Shown here in pieces: positions 53,779-64,000 of a stretch of 64,000 bases of DNA. This DNA is from Geosiphon pyriformis uo1. Taxonomy: Eukaryota; Fungi; Glomeromycota. The notes beneath the pieces were generated by a model. That model made no database searches. It was given only the letters and a program-made list of their open reading frames with translations, and was not told where the DNA came from. Location of the stretch: NCBI GenBank assembly GCA_016748015.1, contig JAAOMT010000034.1, positions 1 through 64,000 on the forward strand, read 5' to 3'. A program made the translations under genes and the position numbers. Numbering within the stretch: the first letter of the stretch is position 1; every line of letters begins with the position of its first letter.

Positions 53779-54019
53779 TGTTATCAACTGAAATTGAAAT
53801 ATTATTTAGCATAAAATTTTAATCTATTGCTTATTATTTTATCAAATTATCTAAATTATTATTTAATTAATAATTTGATTTGTTTTTTTTTTTATTTATT
53901 TATTTAATGAGTGAGGTCCAAACACTACCTAGAACAATACATCATACAAGTGATCTAAACTAGGCATGAATCATGCTCTTTCTACACGTGACCAGTCATT
54001 CAGACTAGTCAGGACAACA

Positions 54020-57000
54020 CTAGACATCTATATGCACCAAGACCAAGTTATCTACATCTGAAAAGAATAAACTAGATTTACGAAACCCAAAACCAATACC
54101 AATAGCATCAGCAATACCCAATAATCTAACCACACCAGACGAGAGTACTGAAGGAAGACCAGAAACCAAGACAGAAATAGAACCATCACATGGGATAAAG
54201 CCACCCTTCTCTATAACAGCTCTGTGTTTCACACGAACCAGCCAAATATCATTATGGAATACAAGACATAAATCACGCACAAATGCCATGATATTCTGAG
54301 CTGCCGTTTTAAAGTCCTTGAAAACAGAAAAAGATTCACAATATCACTCATTGAAAACAAAGCCTTTACATATAGCCATACCAACAACAGCATTGAAAGT
54401 GCAAGCAGAAAGCAAAGTCGAGTGAGATAAACCTGAGCATGTTTCCCAAACAGATGCATGAGCGTTCATCAACTGAACATGATGACAAGCATTGAATGGG
54501 CACGAAAACACATAATCTGAAATTTCAACATTGCCACAGAACAAACACATCACACTGGGGTACCCCTTATCATAAAGTCGCTTTTGCACAGCAACAGGAA
54601 GACGATGATGCAACGCCTTCATAAAATATGTCCGAGAACCAGCAGTATGAGCACTAGTGAAACCAGCAGTCAAATGAGAGTCTGGATGCCATACCGAACA
54701 TAACCTGAACCAATCAACATCAGCATGTAGACTGTCTACCAATACCCAAGAACCAGAACCGACCTCCCAATGTGCACGGTGAATAGAGTGGAAAACATCA
54801 CGAACAAAATGTCTAGAATTACCAGAAACCACAATACCATCAGCCTTGAGAAAATGTTCATTAATCCTGTGAGGAAGATGCACACCAGAAAAGGCAGCAG
54901 CCCTAACCAAAGTGTCAGCACACTTATTGCCCAAGACTCCAGAGTGACCTCTAACTTTAATCCAATTAACATCCAAATTTTTGTGATGAATGACATTAGA
55001 AATATGGCGGCGTTCGACCCAACACTGATTTCTGAAATCCGGACACCCCAACATTAACTCTGACCTGCATGCATCCAAAGTGGCCTGGCTGTCCGAAAAC
55101 AGATTAACCGAACGAGAAGGAGGGACACACTCGAGAGCCAAAGCAATGGCCTGCAGCTCCGTCATGGTAGAAGAAACCAGACCAGAAACTTCCACACCTA
55201 AACCCAAATCAATGTCCTCAAAAAAAACAGCAGCACCAGCCTTCATACCAAGAGTACCCAGCCCACACAGAGAACTATCTGTAAACAGAGAAAGGCAGTC
55301 GGAATCAACCTCCAATAAGCGATTGCAAACAACAACAAACTTGCAAGACTCAAGTACGTCAGACAAGTCAATATTCAGTGACAAAAGAGAACAAACGGGA
55401 GATGACCCAGAACCAGACAAAAAGTGAACAGCAGCATTGAACCAATCAGGAATCGGACCCCGAAGGTCCAGTCTCTTCCACTACTTGAAAGTTCTCCATT
55501 CGAAAACAGAACCAGTTCTATCACGAAGCTGCTCAACAAAGGCAATTCCATATCGCCAAAGCAAAGAGACACATTTATAAAAAGCTAACTTGCCAAAAAC
55601 AACAGACATTGGGGTCTCCTTTTGAAAATGAAAAACATTGGTCACAAGATCACCCAGAGAAAGATCGCAACCCAAAAAAATCCGGACAACACCAGCCAAA
55701 AAATTATTCAAAGGACTGACATTAATATGAGAAGGGAAAAGCAGAGGGTGATAAGGGTGCCAGCTGAGAACCTGTAAATCATGAGACCTATGTGTGAACA
55801 GATGGCCCAAAATACCCACAGAATTGGCAAAACAAACAATAGCAGCTGACTTGCTCTCAGCCTGGACCTGCTCAAAAGATTTCAACCCATACAGAGAAGA
55901 ATGATGAATAGCATCATTGGGAAAGTCGAGTGGCAAGCCAGATTTGGACTTCAAACTTTTACAAATCATAGTGTCCCATTTCGCATACACACTAATAGGA
56001 ACAAAGCTAAACTGAGTCCTGTAGGCAATTATGGAGTGAAGAACCGCTGACACCAAATATAAGAACTGCTTATCAGAGATAGCCTTTCTCAGAACAAGGT
56101 TGGTGAAGAATCAAACATCCAAGTGTGCCTTAGCCAAGCTAGGCTTTGACAAACCTTCAGTAGACAGAAAGATACCCAAGTACCGATGAAGCTTCCCCCT
56201 TTTGGCTATCAAAATAGGCAGACCACTGATCAACAAATAAGAGGTGAAAACTCTGCAATTAATGGAAATGGCCACCATTTTGTCATTATTGATCGAAATG
56301 TTATTGACTTGAAAAAACTCACTAGCAACATTGAGAATATGTTGGGTGGCAGTCTGGCTGCTACCAATCCAAATTGTATCATTGACGAAAGCACCAGCAG
56401 TGAGAAAAAAAGTCAAACCAGTCTGAAATTCAATGTGACCAGTATTGACAACAAAATAAGAGTCTAACCTGTATCCACAAACACTTTCTTGTCTCTTGAC
56501 TTCACACAAAAGGGGATCATAAAATATGCGCCAGAGAAGAGAAGAAAACACCTCCCCTTGATCCAAACCATCATGTACCCAATATCCATCAGTCAACCCA
56601 AAATCTGTCATAACTCTGTTGACTCGATCATTGTGGATGCTACCAAAAAACTGAATGAATTTGTTACACATTTTTATTCTGACCAAGCTCTTCCTCAGAT
56701 GCTCCCAGCCAACCAAATCATAAGCCTTTTGCATGTCTTGCAAGACCAGCCACAGCTCTCAGTTCTTTTCCAAAGCATCCTCAATGACCAATCCAATAGC
56801 GAAAATAGGAGACTGCGTGATTGTGCCTTTTAAAACAGATAAATTATCTCCCCTCAGAACATCAAAAACACTACAAGCTAATGAAATTCTGTCCAAAAGC
56901 ACTTAGAAAGGATTTTGCGAGCCGTCTCAACCAAAGCAATAGGCCAGGTATTCGTGAAAACATCCTCTCACTCATACGGTTTGGGAATCATCGACACCCA

Positions 57001-58692
57001 AGCCTCTTTTCAAGGCCCAGGAACAGATTCTTGCTCCAAGCAAACATTCAAAAGCACTAAAAGCATATTCAAAACTGATTTGTCGCAATGTTTCCACAAC
57101 TTATTTGAGATACCAGAGAGACCAGCTGCTTTCCCATCAAGCAGGTTTGAAACAACATCAGACATCTCATCAAAATCAATTAGGCTCATTACACCAGAAA
57201 AAGTGTCATCAAAAACATATTCTAAAGGCTGATATTGGCGATTCTAGATGCCAGTAACATCAGAAACTACATTGCGCTTCCTAGTTTATCCCTCTATAAC
57301 TGCATCTACTTTGGCCTTTACTAGAGCAGGCTCCAAAACCAACTCATTATCAACAACCAGATGATCCAAAGTTACTTTGCGAAAAAGACGTTCCAATACA
57401 CTCCTAATAGTATGATCTTTATCCAATTCGAAACTCTCCATTCTCTTATCTATCACTGACCTGATTTGAGATTCCCTAACTCGCTCCACTTCTGACATTT
57501 TGGATGCGCAATAAGACTTTTTGACTACAAACAAAACTGACTGAATAGCATTGAAGTGAGAACCTGATAGGAAGAGAGACTTCACTGCAGAAGCATTGAC
57601 TGAATTCAAACCTTCCCATCTGTTAAGCAAAGATGCAAACTCCTCAGCAGAATCCATATGAGATGGTTTAACTAACTTAAACACCAAGAGCTCCAGCTTG
57701 TGAAATTTAGACGAATCCTTGCTAAAAATTTTATCATATTTCTTGAAACACTTTTTCTTGAAAACTGCCTTGGCAGACAGACACATCACTTTACGAAGAG
57801 CAACCTACATTGAATTCAAGTCCAAGTGGATCCTGGCTGCAAGAAAATTGTCATAAAACATAGCAGCATTTGCTGCTGTATCTTCCTTAAATTTGGCCCA
57901 TTTAACATTATCCACACCTTTGCAATCGTACTTCCAGTGATCTCTGTTAGCTTGCTTATGAACAGAATTCAACTGAACATTGAGCAGACCACCCAAACCC
58001 ACTAACACTGAAACAGCCTAATGATCAGTATCAAAGTATTCCCCAATGCCAAACACATTATGACCCACTACTGCATTGACCAGATTTGAAGAAATGAACA
58101 TAAAATCAATTGTCTTAGCAATGCCCCAAGAATTGAACCAAGTCGGTAATTTCTCATGAGAGCTCCCACCCAAGGCATTAACCAGACCCAAATCCAGACA
58201 CTTTTTAAAACTTGCACACTTGCGAGAACCGTCTTCATTGAAATTACCACCGAGAACAACAAAGAAAGATTCATTAACAGCTTTTGCAATGAGAGAGTTG
58301 ACTTCACCAGCCTGAGAGAACCGAACTGCTGAGGAAGCACCAGCGTACAGACCCAGAATAAACACCAAAAGTTTATTTTTGAAAAGTAATTTAATGGACA
58401 AGAGCCAACCTGGCACCTCTGACACTTTGCACACATGTTTTGCCAAAGAAGAATTCATGACGACTGCAACACTAGCACCCAGATATCCAGATTCCAAACC
58501 AGAGATAAACACCCATACACCATCATATTTGTTGACAATCTATGGGCGAATTTTCCCCTTTAACTTTGATTCCATAAAAATAGAAACTAAATTGTTCTTC
58601 TCCATATGCCAATGAATGACATCGTCCTGTTTTACAAGATTGTTCATACCTCTGATGTTGCAAGTAGCAATATTCCAAACCAGACTGTCCAT
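54020..58692 (-). pseudogene. LINE 4 ORF2 (APE-RT-RNaseH-CCHC)
   Basis: MDSLVWNIATCNIRG, FDTDH, QDMQKAYD, GLDQGEVFS, FSDSQ, WIKVRGHSGVLGNKCAD. Confidence 0.9.
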
Positions 58693-60477
58693 TAAAAAGA
58701 AAAAGAATTTGAACCTGCCCCAAAACTGTCCACTTTGGCTGAAAGTCCCAGAACTGTTTCCATCAGACACTTCATGCTGTCTTCCAACTTGAATACCAAA
58801 AATACATCAAAAAACACTGCTCCCGCAACAATCTCACCACTAGTGGCTGCACTTGAACCCTCACTCATCACTATATCTGCCCCTTGATTCTGTGATGAAG
58901 GGGTCACCAACGGCTGACATCCAGAACTATGCTGGGAAACTATTGGCCCAAGTGCATCCAACCTCTTAGCCAGCTTACCCATCTGCTCCGCAAGGCTGGC
59001 AAAACTGCACTCAAGAGCAGCAAACCTATCATTGGCTTCCATCAAAACCAGCAGGGACAGCACCAACTTCGAAGAAGAACCAGGTTTCACTGAAGCATTT
59101 CATCCAGAGAGAGAAGGAAAAGAAGACCCACTAGCAACTTTTGCCCAAAAGAGACCACCAAAAGAAACTGGATGAGCAACTGGAGCTGATTGCTTGGCAT
59201 AGATGGCTGCCAATCTGCTTTTATCTGTGTCTGACAGGACTCTATGCGAAAATAAACCTGAAGAAACTCTCTTACCAATCGCACAGCCCAATGACGTATG
59301 GCTTGATTTCTCACACTTGGCACACTTGGCCAAAACAAGACAAAACCAGCATAAATTGGTGCCCTTCAACACTGGCGTGGTTCTTATGATGGCATTCAAT
59401 GATTCAGCAGAATCAAAACAGATAACAGCACACCTTGCTCTAGCATACGTAACTGGATGATGATCAATAACACACATCTTCCCACCCACAGAACCAATAA
59501 AATCCCAGATGTCATGAGCAGTCGTACCCATTGGCAGAGTATAGAGCAGCGCCCTATGCTGGTTCCTCACATCCCATGATTCTTTGTCCAAATCTGATCT
59601 AGCCACCCGCACAGCATCCTTCCCAATTAAAATTGACCACTCTGTTGCGACCAAATCGGTGTGATCTGATTGCTCAAATTCTACCACAGCTTTCTGCCAC
59701 AGTCCCACCAATTGCATCTTGATCGATCTAATTATCCCAAACTCAGAGAGCGCAGCGTGCACAGCCTCAGCTGATGTTCCAACTGGAATTTCCTTCAACA
59801 CCACAGCCCGATCTGAGCGACCAGCTGATCTCTTAAGATCGGTGTTTACCATGATATTTGCACCAGTAGCCTTTTCAGTGGCTTTCATTAAACCCAATTC
59901 AGAAGTGAATGTCGTTCTGATGATCCCTGAGAATTTTGAGGGAGTAGATGCCTCCCCCAAAACCATTGATTTCAGAAAATAATTTCCTCACCACCACAAG
60001 CTTTTCCTGAGAAGATTTGCCCACCTTATCCAAGCCAATATCCAACACAAATGACTTCCTGACTGAAACATTGACCAAATTTTCCATAGGAGGAGGGAGC
60101 TCAAGAGGAGCATCCGAGAGAACACCATTATCACTACTATTTTTTGAGAAGTCAATCTTTCCCAATGGCTTGCCTAATGTCTTTTTGGTTTTAACCTTCG
60201 AACTCGTGAGTGTATGATTATAATCTTTACCAGCCAGAGCTCCACCTTCACCATAATCAAAGCTGGTTTCCTCCACCAGACACTCCTCTTTCATATCAAC
60301 ACTTTCAGACTCAGTAGTGTCCTCAGTCTCTGAACCCCATGAACAAACACCAGGAACTTTAGCAGCAACCCTTCTATTATCAACACCCTCTGCCAACGCA
60401 CCTCCCTTCCTCTTTTTCCTTGATGCAACCTCCTTAAAACCACTCTCAGAACCAGAAACTTTAGCAGTTTTTTTCAT
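58692..60477 (-). pseudogene. LINE 4 ORF1
   Basis: SEFGIIRSIKMQLVGLWQKAVVEF; CAKCEKSSHTSLGC knuckle. Confidence 0.85.
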
Positions 60478-61999
60478 AACAACAATAACAGAGCCAATAG
60501 TGGTCTCGTAATCGAAGAATGGTTTTGATTTATCGTACTGAATAGTAAAAAACTTCTTTCGAAAAAACTTTTGACTCTTTTTTGGGAATTTTGGACAAAG
60601 GAAAAAAAGAAGTTTTCATTTGATTTGTATAAAATACAAATATAACCAGATTATATAATACACTAAATTTTATAACATTAAAAATTTGCTGAAATATTTA
60701 ATAATTTAATAATAAATTAACAATTTACCAAAATAATTTATAGTTTACAAAAATAACTTATAATTTAATAAAATATATTTTTAGTTTATTAAAATATTAG
60801 AAAAAAAAAGTGCTAGATTATAAAATAGTACTATAATAAATTGTATAAAAAAAAGCTTTTTTTTAAGAAATATATTTTAAATAAAATTAATTCAATTATT
60901 TACAAGATATTTTTTTTAAAATTATTTTTCTTACAAATTAATTTTAATAAAACTTACTTTAAAAAACATAAAATTTTTAATTATTATTGTTTTAAAATAA
61001 AACATTTTATACTAATATTTTAAAATTAATTAACTACTAATTTCAATAACTATTAGTAACTTATAGTCAAAATTTTCAGTAAAAGAATTAATTTTTACAA
61101 CAAAGTAACTACACATTATGTTGAAAAGTTTACTGCAAAGTAATTATATAAATAATTGTCATAAAATTGGCTATTTTATTATAAGTCCAATAGCATACAC
61201 AATTTAAAGTATAAAAAAATATTTTAAAAGAAAAACTAGCTTATTAGAAATTTACTAACTTCTATTAACAGCAAAATTAACAATAAAACAGCATTAGTAA
61301 TATCAAAAAAAATAAAATTTTTGATAATACTATTTAATTTAATAATAATTACAAAAGTTTGGTAAAACCAAAATTAATTTTGAAGAATATATATTCAAAG
61401 CTATTGTTATAAATAAACTTAATAGAATATAATTATAATATTTAGTGTTTATAATTTAATAATAGGCGTTTGTTTAATAAGCTAAAATATTTGTCAAAAA
61501 ATTTTCAATAATATTATTTCTGGTACTAATTTGTTAATTAGTTTTTAAAAGTCTTTTTTAGTTTTAAGTTATATTTATTAAGTTTTTTTATTATAAGACA
61601 CAGAGATATAGTTTTTGTAATAATAATATTATAGTTGTGTTTTCTTTCAAGTTAGTTAAACACAGTTTCTAGAGTCTAATATTATTTTTTTGCTTTTTTA
61701 ATAAGCTAATAAGATAAAATTAATATTTAACACTTAGAAAAAGCTTCATTTTTTTATTAAGCTATCACAAAGTCTAATTCCAAAAAAGTTGATTTTCAAT
61801 GTTGTTGCTTTACAAAAGAAAAAAAAATTAGTATTCTATTAATTACTATAATCAAAAACAATTGGTTTAAGTTAATAAAGTTCTAAAAATATTTATGTTA
61901 ATTGTATTTGGTTTAAAATAAAAATAAAAAGAAACAATTAATTAGATTTTAAACAATTCATTTTGTTAAAAACATGTAATTAAAAATTTGAATAATAAT

Positions 62000-64000
62000 G
62001 TTTTATTTGAATTAATAAAAAATATAGAAAAAAATATAATAAAAAAGTTATTAAACTAAAAATAAAATATTAAAAAAAACTTAATTCTTGTTTTATTTAT
62101 TCTTTTTTAATTGCTAAAATTACTCATTTTTATACATATTTTTTAGTTTTACAAAATTGGTTACAATTGTTTATTATTACTAATTATTAATTATTATTTT
62201 AGTTATTGTTTTATTTTTTATGTTATAATTAACTATTATTAGTTATTCTATGTTATTTTATATTATTGTGTATTATTTTATATTATTTTGTATTACTCTA
62301 TGTTATTTTTTGTTTTTATATAATAATTACGTTTTTTAATTATTTTTGAATTAGTTTTTCTATATAGATAATATTATTTTTCTCTTTTAAAATTAAGCTT
62401 TTGTAATAATTTTTAATAAACTATCTAATAATATAACTAAACAGTATTTAAATACTAAATATAACCAATAAGTTACTTTGTAATATAATATTAAATTATT
62501 ATTTTTCACAAATTTATTTATTTGTTAAAGAGTTTTTCTGTTAAATATTTGTTTATTATTATCTATATATAATATTTATAAGTTCAATTTTTTACCAAAT
62601 TTAAAAAACCAGTATGTTAATAAAAGTTTTTTTTTATGTTGTAAAAATTTTTGGTATTTATTCTCTAATGTTTGATTCTATAGTTAAGTTGTTTAAAACT
62701 TTTTTGACTTTTTTTTAATGTTTGAGTATTGAAATTTTTCTTGTTTAAAACCAAATAAAGTTAAAAATATTCAGTTTTAGTTAAATTGTTTTAAATAATT
62801 GTTGTAAAAACTTTAGAATTTTGTTTAAAAGATTTATAACAAAATTGTTTTAAGCTTTTTTTACTAGTTTTTTAAGAATATATATTTAATTTCTGTAATT
62901 CAAATTTTCTATAAACAGACTGTGTTTAACAATAATAATTAGTTCCAAATTTTATGGAATATTTTTGAATTTGACCAATAAAATTTGTGTTTTTAGTTAA
63001 AATATAATTAATAACAATTTTTATGTTGTGTAATAAAGTTTTAAATAATTTCTATATATATATATAACTTTCTTCAAAATTTTGTCTTTTAATTGTAGTT
63101 TATAAGTTTTATTGTCAAAAACTTTATGTATGTAGAATAATCTGTTTTATTTTAGATCAAATTTTCTATTTTATTATTTTTCTGCTTTAATACAATATAA
63201 CAATATTTTGTTTTCAATCTTAAATTTAACTAGTTGATTAAGTAGACAATTATTATGTTTTTTTTGTTATTTTTAAGAATTACTAATATTGTTAGCTATT
63301 GTTTTATAATTGTTTTCCAGTGTTTTTATGAGTTAATATGTTTTTTAGTATAATATGACTTTAAAGTTTTTTTTAATAATTGTTTTTATTAAAAAAAAAG
63401 ATATTTTTAATTTAATAGACAATATGGCTTTTTTTGTATACTAATTTAAATAATATAAATTATGTAGTATTTTGCTTCAATATTCAATATGTAAATAATA
63501 CTAAAAATATAAATAAGTCTTATTTTTGTGCATTTTTATAACTTATTTTTGTTAATACTTTACACAATATTTGATTAAATTGTTTTATCAATTTATTTGT
63601 TTGAAGATAATATAATAACAATAAAAGTCATTTTATTTCAAATTATTGGCTTAATTTTGTAAGAATACTGTTAACAAAATGTATTTTTTAATCAAACAAT
63701 AACTCTTTTGAACATCTATATTAGCATATTAAATCTTAATATACAAACTTAGTTATTGTTTTAACATTTGCTATATAAATAGTTCAGACTTTTGGTTATT
63801 TAATAAAATAGTTTATGATTATAACAATATATTAATTTTTTTTAAAAGTAATTGAAAAAAGTTCAACCAAATTAATTTTAATTATATTAAATAAATTTTT
63901 AATTAAAATAAATTAAAATAGTTTAATTGTTCTGGCTTCATTTTTTCTTTGGCAAAAGTTATAATTATAAATATATTCGAAAATATTTTTGTATATTGTT
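62000..64000 (-). mobile_element. AT-eroded Gypsy B-like element (LTR array, PPT, ORF3, integrase)
   Basis: 62220-62320 is the reverse complement of the TAACATAGAA array. 62370-62405 matches the PPT/LTR junction. 63125-63190 matches KAEKQW.GKFDPKWD. Confidence 0.65.

Larger units (their letters stand above)
53884..60617 (-). mobile_element. Full-length LINE 4 (least degenerate copy)
   Basis: Exact TSD ATTTGATTTGT 53873-53883 / 60618-60628. Poly(T) tail and 3' UTR. ORF1 60477-58692, ORF2 58692-54020. Confidence 0.95.
53779..61329 (+). repeat. Eroded solo LTR of the Gypsy C family, split by LINE 4 (pieces 53779-53883 and 60618-61329)
   Basis: Termini TGTTATCAA...TTGATAATA, flanks TTAT/CTAT (4-bp TSD with one transition). 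60630-61320 is colinear with LTR C. Confidence 0.75.

Noticed and set aside
53975-54011. Hammerhead-like CTGAATGA...GAAA in the LINE 3' UTR
   Set aside because: Core spacing is not CUGANGA, GAAA is absent in LINE 3, and the bases are better explained by hairpin 1.

Overview
Eukaryotic, fungal-looking DNA; the short GT-AG introns, extreme AT richness and TE families suggest an early-diverging Glomeromycotina/Mucoromycota-like fungus (inference). About 95% of the window is transposable elements or their remnants. Only two host genes are present, as a convergent island: riboflavin synthase (RIB5, 4 exons, +) and 60S protein uL13 (RPL16, 3 exons, -). Around them are: (1) three Ty3/Gypsy LTR retrotransposons, one full length (17858-27780), which carry a dUTPase upstream of RT (seen in two) and a conserved extra ~210-250 aa ORF between integrase and the 3' LTR (seen in all three); (2) four full-length but stop-riddled APE-RT-RNaseH LINEs with TSDs, poly(A) tails and structured UTRs; (3) a probable ORF1-only non-autonomous LINE derivative; (4) long tracts of almost pure A/T that are still recognisable as C>T/G>A-eroded copies of the same families. 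Insertions are repeatedly nested. No CRISPR, rRNA or tRNA gene was seen. All alignments were done by eye.
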